Of a DNA stretch of 64,000 nucleotides, positions 12,083-24,460 are shown piece by piece. The notes below the pieces were generated by a model. That model worked only from the letters and a program-made list of their open reading frames with translations. It was not told where the DNA came from and made no database searches. The stretch comes from Malacoraja senta (taxonomy: Eukaryota), in the NCBI GenBank assembly GCA_038087875.1, contig CM075989.1, positions 2,790,001-2,854,000 on the forward strand, given 5' to 3'. Each line of letters starts with the position of its first letter. Positions within the stretch are counted from its first letter, which is position 1. Both the position numbers and the translations under genes were made by a program.

Positions 12083-12539
12083 GATGGAAAGTCACCCCAT
12101 TCCTTCTATCTAGAGATGCTGCTTGTGCCGCTGAATTACTCCAGCATTTTGTGCCGATCCCAGCTCTCAAATGTAAGATAATCCCTCTAATAGATTAATT
12201 CTCAATCTCATCGTCTGCTACTGAAACTTCAACTGAAGCCTTTCCCTCCAGTACATTAGCACAGCCACTGAACCCCAGTCACTTCCTTGCTTTTAATGGC
12301 ATCTATTTTGAATAACTTCAATCCAATCCACTCCACTCTAAACAGATAATTACCTAAGCCATTAACCTTGGTTCTCGTTGCACAGTTGACCTGCTGATTA
12401 TTTTCAGCATTTTCTATTCTTATTTTTCCTCTCAACTCACTGTCCTGCCAATTACACCAAATATTTCCCAGTCTTGGAATAATGCAAATTATTTATTTTT
12501 CCGTTGCTGATTTCCAGTCTTCTCTTCCGTTCCGATTTG

Positions 12540-12709
12540 CTTGATTTGGTTTGAAGTGGCAGCCAAGTGATTCCCTTATCTGTGCCATTTAATACGGTGA
12601 ATATCTTGCTGAGCAGTGCTGTGTTAACCATCTCATTGATGAAGAATCTCAGCTGTAAGCTGTCCTCGTTACACATTGACCTTATACCTGGGGTCAGTCT
12701 TGTTGCTCT
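12540..12709 (-). pseudogene. Very old CR1/L2-type RT C-terminal relic
   Basis: ERATRLTPGIRSMCNEDSL..IFTVLNGTD resembles QRRATRLIPGL..SYEERL..VFKILNG.D. Confidence 0.45.
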
Positions 12710-12717
12710 CTCTACAC

Positions 12718-13124
12718 CAAAGATCCTATAGCAAGCAAGATAGACCACTCCTGCTAAATGCTATGGGCTGACGTGTAGTATGCAACGGAGCGGAACATGG
12801 GCCTTTTTTTCATGCATTTCCGTAACCCGACTCGACCCGACGCAACTCGCAGTATAATCAGCGCTGCGGGGGAACAGTTTGTGTTAATAAATTATAATTC
12901 TGAAAATGAGGAGAAGATTTTTCCCAAATAACTTTTATTTTTACGAGGATGTTTCCGTAACCGGCTTCCGTCTCCGTACGAGTTATCTTTGCTCTACTAT
13001 GGGATCTTTGGTGCGGACGGAAGCCGGTTACGGAAATGGGGCCGAAAATTACCCATGAATCTGCCCATGACCGTACTACGTCTTTTTCATCGAGTGATCT
13101 ATCTTGCTTGCTATAGGATCTTTG
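12718..13124. mobile_element. MITE with 33-bp TIRs and 8-bp TSD (P-element-like or hAT)
   Basis: TIR CAAAGATCCTATAGCAAGCAAGATAGA(C/T)CACTC at both ends (1 mismatch); TSD CTCTACAC at 12710-12717 and 13125-13132. Confidence 0.9.
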
Positions 13125-13143
13125 CTCTACACTCCCTCTAATC

Positions 13144-13857
13144 CAGGGGTCGGCAACTTACGGCCCACGGGCCGAATGCGGCCCGTAACTGGAAATCATC
13201 CGGCCTGCAGTCATATTTTTTTTGCTTAGCGGAACTGATATAATCACACGAACAGGCCAAAAGGTGGACCTAGAACAGAGAGCGTGGCAAAACATCAGAA
13301 ACCATACACTGTGTCAAACTGACTGCTGTGAGACAAACAAACAGACTGACAGAGAGGGGTGAGTCAGTAATGGCCGTCTCGCAAGCTGCCTGTCGTGGCC
13401 CTTCTCTGTTCTTGTTGTTTTGAGTGTGTGTTAAGGGTATGTTTTGGTGTTTCTTCGTGTGTTTTACGTGGGGGAGGGGGCAGGGAATAGGGGGAAACGT
13501 ATTTTGTTGTGTTGCAAACCGTCCCGAGGCCGGAGTTTCGATCATCCCGACGAGAGGGTCTGAAGATCAGGCAGTCTTCACAGCGAGGAATGTTGATTCC
13601 ACCGTAGTCGATGCTTATGTGAAATCGTGTTCAATGGTTGTGTTAAATTAAATAGTTGATTTTGCACAATAAACGTGAAGTTGATCTTAAGATTCTTGAG
13701 GGTTGTTTCAATACCAGTGTCTCCAACTAACTCCTGTGTTCAGTAGACATAATATTTCTTAAATATATAAATATTAACTATGGCGATAGATGTGGCCCTC
13801 CAACCACTCACAGACCCGGGACCCGGCCCCTAGGCAGAACCGGGTTGCTGACCCCTG
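13144..13857. mobile_element. Non-autonomous hAT (Charlie-like) element
   Basis: TIR CAGGGGTCGGCAAC / GTTGCTGACCCCTG, subterminal CGGCCC repeats, perfect TSD CTCTAATC at 13136-13143 and 13858-13865. Confidence 0.92.
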
Positions 13858-14679
13858 CTCTAATCATCATTTACAGCTCAATTAACAGAAGCGAGTTGTC
13901 TCGGACTGACGTCTGGCATTGCTGGTAGATTCTGTGAACTTGAACTCTGCTAGATTTGTTGCGTGACCCCGACATTTTACATTCCTTCTACCTTGCCTCT
14001 TCCAGTTCCCTTTTTGAGTGGCTCCTGCTGACTCTGTGACCAACGCACGTTCAGAAAACATCACCCATACTTGATCTTCCAAATAGTGAAAGGCCTGGAC
14101 AGAGTGAATGTAGAGAGGATGTTTCCACTAGTGGGAGAGTCTAGCACCAGAGGTCAAGTCAATTGATATTTTTAAGGTGGGGATTGACAGATTAAAGGTC
14201 TCGACCCGAAACGCCACCCATTCTTTCTCTCCAGAGATGCTGCCTGTCTCGCTGAGTTATTCCAGCATTTTGTGTCTCCCTTGATTAGTAAGGGTCAGGT
14301 GTTATGGGGAGAAGGCAGGAGAATGGGGTTGAGAAGAAAAGATAGAGAAGCCATTATTGAATGGTGGAGTAGACTTGATGGGCCGAATGGCCTAATTCTG
14401 CTCCAATAACTTATGAACTTCCAGAGAAGCCTCCTCACTCATATTCATTGTGTCAATTGTTGCAGATTCCTGCCGGCCCCTCAGTTGGTGGGTCAATAGG
14501 TGCAGTAAAGGAGAGATGGGAAAATTAAGCTTTTTTTTCTTCTTTTTTTTCTCTCAATTGCCTGATTAGACCATCGATCAGAAGATTCTGTGGCAATCCT
14601 GGCATCACTATATCAGTGACCATTCTTTTGTCTTATCCATCCCTCTCCTTCCATCTCTACAACTTGATTTATTTCATGT

Positions 14680-15362
14680 GCGTAAGGGAATTACAGATGC
14701 TGGTTTATACTGAAGATAGATACAAAGTGCTGGAGTAACTCAACGAATCAGGCAGCATCTCCGGAGAAAAAACAAAGGGCGATATTTCAGTTCAGGACCC
14801 TTCTTCAGACTGAAAGTAGTGGGGCGAGAACTGGTGGTAAGAAAAGGCCAGAACAAAGCAAGACCAGCAACAGATTACTAAGGAGGGGGAAAGCCCATAA
14901 TGGGCCATTGTTGGCTGGGGAAGAGGGGATAATGAAGGGATACAAGGATGCGAACAGTGGAACTAGTAAGATGACCAGGATAGATGACGGGGCGGGGGGG
15001 GGTAGGGGGAATGCAAGGGTTACTTGAAATTGGAGAAATACACGTCCATACCGCTGGGTTATAAGTTGCCCAAGGGAAATATCAGGTGGTGTTCCTCCAA
15101 TTTGCATGTGGCCTCACTCTGACAGTGGAGGAGACCCAAGGCAGAAAGGTCAATGTGGAATGGGAAAGAGAGTTGGGAAAATGTTTGGAAACCAGGAGAT
15201 CGCATAGGCCAGGGCGGACTGAGCATAAGAGTTCAGTGAAATGATTGCCCAGTCTGCACTGGGTCTCGGCGATATATAGGAGACCACACCAAGAACAGCG
15301 CATACAGTAGATGAGGTTGGTGGAGGTGCAAGTAAACCTCTGCCTCACCCGAAAGGACCGTC
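14680..15362 (-). mobile_element. Penelope-like element 3' fragment: GIY-YIG endonuclease plus pLTR
   Basis: ORF 15082..15453 FTCTSTNLIYCMRCSWCGLLYIAETQCRLG (GIY-YIG with CxxC), followed by tail with CTGAAGAAGGGTCC..GAAA at ~14782-14809. Confidence 0.85.
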
Positions 15363-15704
15363 TTCCCTTATTTCTTTCTTCCCCAATTCCAATGAAGACC
15401 CTTGACCTAAAATGTTGATGTTTTTTTCCACGGATGCTGAGTGGTTCCAGCATTGTCTGTTTTTACTTCAGATTTACAGGTCATTGATTTTCACCTGCTG
15501 CGTCTTCATTGCCTCATTGCATAAACTTCAGAATCCTCTTTATTATTTAAACATTCATCTCCAACCCTGTTCTAGCTTCTCAACCTTTCCCCAGATTTCA
15601 GACAACGTTCTTGTCTATCCATTCTACCTGGGCTGGACTACTCTGCAGCTAACTCTTGCAACCATTGCATTGGAGATATCAACCATCTCTACACCCTGGC
15701 ATTC

Positions 15705-15995
15705 CTTCATAAGTTCATAAGTGATAGGAACAGAATTAGGCTATTTGGCCCATCAAGTCTGCTCCAACATTCAATCATGGCTGAACTATCTTTCCCTCTT
15801 AACCCCATTCTCCTGTCTTCTTCCCATAACCCCTGACACCCGTACTAATCAAGAATCTATCTACGTCTGCCTTAAAAATATCCATTGACTTGGCCTCCAC
15901 AGCCTTCTGTGGCAATCAATTCCCTCTCACTAAAGAAATTACTACTCATCTCCTTCTTAAAAGAACGTCCTTTAATCCTGAGGCTATGCCCTCTG
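15705..15995 (-). mobile_element. CR1 LINE 3' fragment
   Basis: RGHSLRIKGRSF coding; (CATAAGTT) tail. Confidence 0.8.
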
Positions 15996-16777
15996 TCTAT
16001 CCTTCTTCTGTCACCATGACCTGTCCCTCTCAGGTTCCCAATATCTATGAAGAAAAGTCCTGTTCGACCATAAGCCACATCCACCTTCTTGACCCAGATC
16101 ATGCCCAGTTTGGCTTCTCCCAAAGCACATTAGAACATTTCATTGAATTAAGGCTCAGTTTTTATGGTAATGTTCCCTCGACTGTGGAAACACAACTCAC
16201 ACTTTCCCGACCAATGTGCAATGATGTTACATGATTTGGTTTAGTTTAGAGATACAGCGCGGAAACAGGCCCTTCGGCCCACCTAGTCCGCACCGACCCG
16301 CGATCCCTGCACACTTACACTATCCTACACACACTGGGGACAATTTACAATTTTACCAAGGCCAATTAAGCTACAAACTTGTACGTCTTTAGTGGGTAGG
16401 AGGAAACCAAAGATCTCGGAGGAGAAAACTCATGCAGGTCACGGGGAGAAGGTACAAACTCCCGTAGTCAGGACCGAACCTGGGTCTCTGGCGCTGTACG
16501 GCAGCAACTCTACCGATAAGCAACTGTGCCACCCAATCTAATGACTTCTCAATCTTAAATCAAAGTCATTCCACGGACTGTGACTGAGTCCTCTATTCGG
16601 ATTCTCTCTGTACTTTTCACACGTACAAACCTGATCTCACCTGATTACCACAGCCCAGTTAAATTACATAAGTTAAAAATACTTGAGGTTTGAGCATTAT
16701 TCCTCAGCAGTATTCTACAATTGCCCTGGACTCACACTTGCCACAATTACGCACTGATTTATTCTTTCTTAAGAAGA

Positions 16778-17098
16778 TACACACAAAATGCTGGAGTAAC
16801 TCAGTGGGACAGGCAGCGTCTCTGAATAGACGGAATGGGTAATGTTTCGGGTCGAGACCCTTCTTCAGACTGAGAGTCAGGGAAGAGGGGAACTAGAGAT
16901 ATGGAAAGGTCAGTTGTGAAAACGAGAGATCAAAGTGGACAAAGTTTAAGGAAAATGTAGAATTTTGTTTTCGAGGGGAAGGTGACAACGAGTTATACAA
17001 TGTAAAATTTAATCAGGAAGACAATCAGACTGGTCGGAGAATTAGGATGGGGAGGGATGGAGAGAGAGGGAAAGCAAGGGTTACTTGAAGTTAGAGAA
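16778..17098 (-). mobile_element. Penelope pLTR fragment
   Basis: Minus strand TCAGTCTGAAGAAGGGTCTCGACCCGAAAC; ends in TTCTCTAACTTCAAGTAA (ORF end FSNFK*). Confidence 0.75.
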
Positions 17099-17935
17099 TG
17101 GATTATTTTAGCCAGCACAATGGTCTATTTGGATTCAGATTGTTTTTCATCACTTTGAATTTGTGCTTCTAAAATGTATAGTGGGATTCATTCAAATAGA
17201 GGCTTTTCATTTTTGGCTGAAGTTCTATTTGTAAATCTGACTTGTTAATGACATTGTTTTGTACTCCAAGGATTCATTGTGGGGAATTATATCTTCTTTG
17301 CCAAGGAAATTCAAACAATTTACATTATGTTTGATTCAGACATAGCGGAGAAAGGGAATGTAAGGTACACAGATATCCCCCTTTCGACAGTCCACTCAGT
17401 TACTTGGAGTAAACAAATGAAATCGCAAATTAACTTGCGTTCCAACTCGCAGGTGCGAACACACTTTAATACATTTCAATTTCCCTAATTAATTAGCTAT
17501 TGGAGTCGGGCTCCACAATCCCTCTTGCATATTAATCAATTAAATCATTTTCAGAATTTTCATAATTGTGTAAAAGGTTACTAATTAATTATCCAAACTG
17601 GCAGACCACAGATGTACAAATAACTCAACACCCAAAATGCAAAACCACCCATTAAAAATCCTTTCACACATTTTAAAATAATATTGGAAGATTTGCACCC
17701 TCCGGCTTTGAATCCAAGAATGTACGAATCACGCTGAGCCAATGAATGATTGTAGCCATTACCAGATGTTATCAGAGCTGCCTCAATGCAAGATTTGGTG
17801 ATGGCAGCGTGAGATGTGAGGTGGGAGGGTGTTCACTATTTGAGTCCTTGAGGGAGTCCTGCTCTTCATGTTGTGTTCACACCTACGCACCAAATATTGT
17901 CTCTTTGCCATATTCTCCAAATACTATCACATCTC

Positions 17936-17990
17936 TGATTGATCGATTGATTGATCGATTGATTGATCGATTGATTGATCGATTGACTGA
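17936..17990. repeat. (TGATTGATCGAT)n 12-bp microsatellite
   Basis: Direct reading. Confidence 0.9.
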
Positions 17991-19147
17991 CAGGATTGAG
18001 CCAGGGTCTCTGGCACAGTGAGGCAGCAGCTCCACCAGTTATGCCACTGTGCTGCTCTAATGCCCCTAATGGGGAAACCATAACTCAGGGTGAGAGGGTT
18101 CGTTCGTTCGTTCGTCTATCGGCAGTGGAATTCCCCGTTGGTTACCAGTGTCAAACGTGCAAAAGGCATCAGCCTGTGCACACATCCCAATGCTGTTCCA
18201 CTGAACCAAATGTCCAGGATGAGTAAAGTGGCGCACGGTGCCACAGCGGTAAAGTTGCTGCCTCACAGCGCCAGAGACCCGGGTTCGATCCAGACTATGG
18301 GTGCTGTCTGCATGGAGTTTGTACGTTCTCCCTGTGACCGCGTGGGTTTTCTCTGAGATCTCCGGTCTCCTCCCACACTCCAAAGACGTACAGGTTAATT
18401 GGCTTGGTATAAATGTAAATTGTCCCTAGTGTGTGTAGGATAGTGTTATGTGTGGGGATCGCTGGTCGGCGCGGACTCTGTGGGCCGAAGGGCCTGTTTC
18501 CGCGCTGTATTTCTAAAGTAAAAAATACGACGGGAGACCAAGAGATGAGCACTGGTAACCTGGGATTAAATTGATCCTCATCATTTATTAACAATCGTAG
18601 TGATTTATTTTGGTCAAAATATATAAACAAGCACTAAATGTGCTAATAAGACAAACCTTCGGAATGTTTAGCAAACAATTCTGGTGCAAATTGCTGACTA
18701 CTACAAAGTGAGGTGCAGAAACAGATGGATGCTGATTCGATGTGATTTTCATCCAGAGCCTGTGAACTCCACACATTGATTCCCACTGGCGATATGTGAA
18801 GTGCTCTTGTTGGCACACTGCAAACACACTGCAGGGCTCGAAGGGTAGAGTGCGCAGACTGCCAGAGGCTCTGGAGGATGAAGAATCCCCTCTACCAGCA
18901 TGTACAAGGTCACCACTTCAGTCTTCTCACCTCGTGCCTTTTACAGTGCCGAAACAGGCCCTTTGGCTCACTGAGTCCGCGCCACCCAGCGATGCACTTA
19001 CGCTAACATCATCCTACACACACTAGACACAATTTACAATTTTTGGCCCATTCAGTCCACACCGACGATCCCGTTCACACTTGGTCTTTTATCCCATTTT
19101 CTCATCCACTTCCTCCTTACTAGGGGCAATTTACAGAGGCCAATTAA

Positions 19148-19478
19148 TAGCCCTGTCCCACGGTACGAGTTCATTCCAAGAGCTCTCCCGAGTTTAAAAA
19201 AAAATCAAACTCGTGGTAAGCACGGAGAATGAACGTAGCGGGTACGTCGGAGCTCGGGGACGTCTCTTAGCGGCTCGTAACGCTATTGGCAGGTACTCGG
19301 GAAGACTCACTAATGGCAGGTAAGCACGGGAAGACTCGTGAAGATTTTTCAACATGTTGAAAAATGTCCACGAGAGCCCCGAGTACCGACGAGTGGCCAT
19401 TACCGTAAATCTCCGAGTTCAAATCAGGGCAAACTCGGGAGAGCTCTTGGAATGAACTCGTACTGTGGGACAGGGGTT
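19148..19478. mobile_element. Harbinger-like MITE with ~45-bp TIRs inserted in a SINE
   Basis: CCCTGTCCCACGGTACGAGTTCATTCCAAGAGCTCTCCCGAGTTT is mirrored at ~19431-19475; flanks TAA/TCA rejoin the SINE motif GCCAATTAA|CCTA.AAACC. Confidence 0.8.
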
Positions 19479-20687
19479 TCACCTAGAAACCCACTTGTCT
19501 TTTGTGATGTGGGAGGAAACCGGAGCACCCAGAGGAAACCCACGTGGTCACAGGGAGAACATGCAAATTCCACACAAACATCACAGAGGTCAGGATCGAA
19601 CCTGGTTCAGTGGGAGGCAACACTTTAGTTCAGTTCAGTTCAGTTCAGTTCATTGTCACGTGTACCGAGGTACAGTGAAAAGTTTTTGTTGCGTGCTATC
19701 CAGTCAGAGGAAAGACAATGCATGATTACAATCGAGCCATTTACAGATACATGATAAGGAAATATCATAGGTACACAAAAATGCTGGAGAAACTCAGCGG
19801 GTGCAGCAGCATCTATGGAGCGAAGGAAATAGGCATTTAGTGCAAGGTAAACCCAGCAATGGATAGTCCGAGGTTCACCAATGAAGTAGATTGTTCAGCA
19901 CTGCTCTCTGGTTGTGGTAGGATGATTTAGTTGCCTGATAATAGCTGGGAAGAAACTGTCCCTGAATCTGGAGGTGGACAAAAAATCTGGGGTAACTCAA
20001 CGGGTGAGGCAGCATCTATGGAGCGAAGGAATAGGCGACGTTTCGGGTCGAGACCCTTCTTCAATTTGGAGTTTTCACATTTCAGCTCCATCACCAGCAT
20101 TGAGGCTTATGGAATGCAGAGGATTCTGGAGAAGATTTCCTCTGCTCTATGCCGCAGTAAAATAGCATACCTGTTGTGGAGATTTCTAACAAATACTGTT
20201 TAGACCAACAAAGTTAAAACCTTATTAGCAGCAGAGAGAGGGGTGTGTGCAATAATTCGAAGAGAGCTGAGGCCTTCAAGAGTCTCTGGGATGGCTGAGA
20301 TGGATCCCATTCTGCAAGTCGTGCATGGATGAGTTGGGCCGGAAGGCCTGTTTCTGTGCTATATACCTCTATGACTCTACATTACAAGTCTGGCTGATGG
20401 TCTGTACAAATTGCCACTTTAGTTAGCATGTTACTGCTTAATAGGGACAGGAATGAGGCATTTTGCTGCTGATCTTTGCTATGTTCTTTTTTCTGTTCAT
20501 TTCCCATAACCTTTTATTCCCTGTGGTCCAACAATCTGTCTCTCTGGACCTTGAGTATGTTCATTGAGTAGAGATTGCAAAGGGCGGTGGATCTCTGGAA
20601 TTCCCTGCCATGGAGGGTTATGAAGGCTGTATCATTGGGGTATTTAAAGCAGGAGGCATATACATTCATCAACAACCAGGGACTTAA

Positions 20688-21190
20688 GGCGAACGTGGAA
20701 CATCGAGGAGTTGGCGGTCTTTGCTGGAGACCAACTTTTGAGAGCTCCACTGCGGGGAGGCTACGGGACTTTAACATCGCGGAGCCCGCGATCCCTTTGC
20801 CAGGCATCGACCTCGGAGCTCCAACCATGGGTGCTTGCAGACTAAACATCACAGAGCTCGCGGCCTCTGGTCAGAGACCGACATCGGGGACTCCAAGCCG
20901 CAGGAGCCGATGGGGGAGCTTCGACTGCCGGCTGTGGGAGCTTCGATCGCCCCGACGGATGGTTCGACTGCCCCCGACCGCGGGAGAATAAAGAGGAAGA
21001 TAATTGGACTTTTTTGCCTTCCATCACAGTGGAGAATGTGGGGAATCCACTGTGGTGGATGTTTATGTTAACTTTTATGTAGTTGTGTGTCTTGTTGCAT
21101 TTATTTTTCGTACAGCTGTATGGTAATTTGCAGATCACTGCACCTTACTTGCTGCATGTGACAAAAAAATACCTTTGAAACCTTTGAACT
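20688..21190 (+). mobile_element. Non-autonomous LINE-derived element, 3' part
   Basis: Same family as 758-1505; (CCTTTGAAA) tail. Confidence 0.65.
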
Positions 21191-21967
21191 GGCACAGAAG
21201 TGGCGATGGAACCTGGGCAGTTCAGCCATGATCATATTGAACATGGGGCAGGCTTGAGGGGCAGAGTGGCCTTCTCCTGCTATTTACTTGTGTTCTTGCA
21301 CATCCACGTCTTCCCATTTTGGGTTGAGAAATCCAAAGATTCACAAGTCTTTAGCAAACTAGAAATTCCTCCATGTCTCATTCTTAATTGGGTCAATTAT
21401 TATCTTGTGTTTCTGGGTTTGAGCACCTGGGGGGTAGATGTTCTCACCGTATCTCCTTTACTAATCTCTCCCACCTCCCTCAGGATCCTATGAACAAGAA
21501 TTTACAGCTTGCATTAGAGTGGTTATCCATGGACCTATTAAACAGCGGAGTACTGTTTAAATCTCCTGCAAGAAGCATCCCCTGAACCAATTAGTTTGGT
21601 GTTGAACTCAATAACGACCGAATGAAATGCCCATGTCAATTACAGATGGAATTTACAAATTTTGAATTTCATTCTGAAAATATCTTGGCATTTGTGGGTG
21701 ATATTAAACATGGGAGACACAGCTACAGAACTGCCAATGACAAAAAAAGTTGTGTCAAGAGCCAAGAGTGTTTTATTGTCATATGTCCCAGATAGAACAA
21801 TGACATTTTCACTTGAAGCAGCACAACAGCATATGTAAACATAGTACTCTGTAAAGAATATAATAACAAAAAATATAGTGTCTGTGTATAATAACGCTAC
21901 ATATATGTGTGCACACACACACACACAAATACACACACACACGCACATATATATATATATATATACA

Positions 21968-22033
21968 CTAGACCAAGTGCAGACCTGTTGGGTCTGCTCC
22001 CCCAACACACCAGTTCCCTACCCGTAGCCCCCA
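21968..22033 (-). mobile_element. Helitron 3' terminus running into the assembly gap
   Basis: A|CTAG at 21967-21971 with hairpin GCAGACC-TGTTG-GGTCTGC at 21979-21997; similar to the 24461 terminus. Confidence 0.6.
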
Positions 22034-22233
22034 NNNNNNNNNNNNNNNNNNNNNNNNNNNNNNNNNNNNNNNNNNNNNNNNNNNNNNNNNNNNNNNNNNN
22101 NNNNNNNNNNNNNNNNNNNNNNNNNNNNNNNNNNNNNNNNNNNNNNNNNNNNNNNNNNNNNNNNNNNNNNNNNNNNNNNNNNNNNNNNNNNNNNNNNNNN
22201 NNNNNNNNNNNNNNNNNNNNNNNNNNNNNNNNN
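22034..22233. other. Assembly gap (200 N)
   Basis: Run of N. Confidence 1.
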
Positions 22234-24460
22234 GCGAAATATGAGGTGCTGTTCCTCCAATTTGCATTGGGCCTCACTCTGACAATGGAGGCGGCCCAGG
22301 ACAGAAAGGTCAGTGTGGGAATGGGAGGGGGAGTTAAAGGGTTTAGCAAGCAGTTCTTGAACCTGGTTCAACCTGGTGGAAATGGTTTTCAGCATGTACC
22401 CTCTTCCCGATGTTAAGAATGAAATGAAAGCAGGACCAGGGTGGTGTTGGCCCTTCATGACATTAGTTATGAGGCAGCCAATATCACCTGCCAGAGGGCC
22501 ACCCTTTCTTGCTCATCTGTCGCTGGCCCTGCTATGTTCTGGCCTTTCCCAACCTCTTTCCTGGCCTTTCCAGTTCCCTCACCTCCTTTTTCAGTCTGAA
22601 GAAGGGTCCTGACACGAAACATCAGCCATCCTTTTTTTCCCCAGAGATGCTGCCTGGCCCGCTGAGTTACTCCAGCACTTTGTGTCTATCACCTGTTAAG
22701 CTTGCTGATCAGAATGTGACGAATGTTTGATTCTCTGGAGTTGTGACTGTTGGGGGAGTTGAAGAAGTGGGCAAACAGTTCCACGTTTCCTGCTTTTCAT
22801 CACCATTCACTGACTCCCTGTGGAACTGCTAGCAGTCAAACAAAGACAACGTGCTTGCAGCTGTGAACATTGATCACATAGATGGCCTTCCCAACTGGTG
22901 ACGTGTACCTGTACAATTACAACAGGATTCAACAGTTCACTGCCAGAGAAAGATGGAGAGACAACAGAATGTGCTACATATAAATGAGCTGGACACAAGG
23001 AAGCCCAAAGAGTCCATTCATAGATTCAGAAAGAAAACCAGCGAGAGGATATCCAAGGGCAGGTCAGAAAAGGCAATGCTCCCACATATGACCAAATCTA
23101 GAGGCTGTTAACCTGGTAGTTACTATTTCATTCAACAGACTGTATGAGAGACACAAGGGACTGCATATGTTTCAATTTTGAGCAAAATTGGAGTAACTCA
23201 GAGGGCCAGGAGCAAGCAATTGTGGAAGGAATGGACAGGTGATGTTTTGGGTTATGGGAACCTTCTTCAGACAATAGGGCAACTCCTTTAGCCAATAGAG
23301 TGGTTAGCAGATGGGACTTGCTACCACATAGAAGGTTTCAAGAGGAAAGTGGATAAACACAAACACAAGAATGACTTTAGTTTGGTTTAGTTTAGAGATA
23401 CAGCGTGGAAACAGGCCGTTTGGCCCACAGAGTCCGTGCTGGCCTGCGATCCCCGCACATTAACACTATCCTACACACACTTGGGACAATGTACAATTTT
23501 ATCAAGCCAATTAGCCTACAAACCTGTACATCTTTGGAGTACGGGGGGGGAAACTGCAGCATCCTGAGAAAACCCACACAGGTCACGGGGAGAATGTACA
23601 AACTCCTTACTGACAGCACCCATAGTCGGGATTGAACCCAGGTCTCTGGTGCTGTAAGGCAGCAACTTTACCTCAGCACCGCTGTCAACTTTAACAGTGT
23701 TATTTCATTACTTCCCTAGTGCAGGACTAGGGTGAGTAGGGTCTCGACCCGAAATGTCACCCATTCCTTCTCTCCGGAGATGCTGCCTGTCCCGCTGAGT
23801 TACTCCAGCTTTTTGTGTCTATCTTTGAGATAAAGAGATACAGGGCATCATAGATGTTAGACCAAATTACATTTTTCTGTGCAGCAGCCTTTATGTAAAA
23901 TGAAGTGCCTGCATTATTAAAGTACTTAAACACGGCAGAGACAAGAGTGAATAAAACACAAGATAGGAAAAATCTGGATCAGCTCATCTAGGACTTAAGC
24001 CACCATAAAGCTCACATTGTTCATAAGAAGATTGATTTATGGCATTTTATTAATATTTTTTTATGACTACTGCCCTGTAAAATTGATAGGCTGCAATAAA
24101 AGCAGAACCACTGGAGGATTAAGTCGCATTATAATGTTTTACGTTACATTGACGGTACTAATGGGTAGTGGTGGAACACAGAGGGAAGGCTGGGCCATTA
24201 CAAGCTATCATGATCTTTCTCACGTTAGAGACCTTTCTGACAATCATTGAGAACTTCAAATAACAGGTTCATTTCAGTCCAATTTTGAGTTGGCTGCTTT
24301 CAATCTTTGGTTTTACAGGAAGCAGATGTGTTGAAACTCTTTTGCTCTGTGAGTTGCAAGAGTTCAATGTGAAATCAACTAGAACTCATTCCAGTATCCC
24401 AATGACACAGCCTCTGGTCCAGCACAGAACTGCTCATTTCAGTTCAGTTTTAGTTAAGTA

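Noticed and set aside
18780..18945. Possible host exon (purine-rich unique stretch)
   Set aside because: No recognisable protein similarity or convincing splice-site pair; small exons elsewhere cannot be excluded without RNA data.
21897..22458. ORFs spanning the N gap
   Set aside because: Open only because of the N run.
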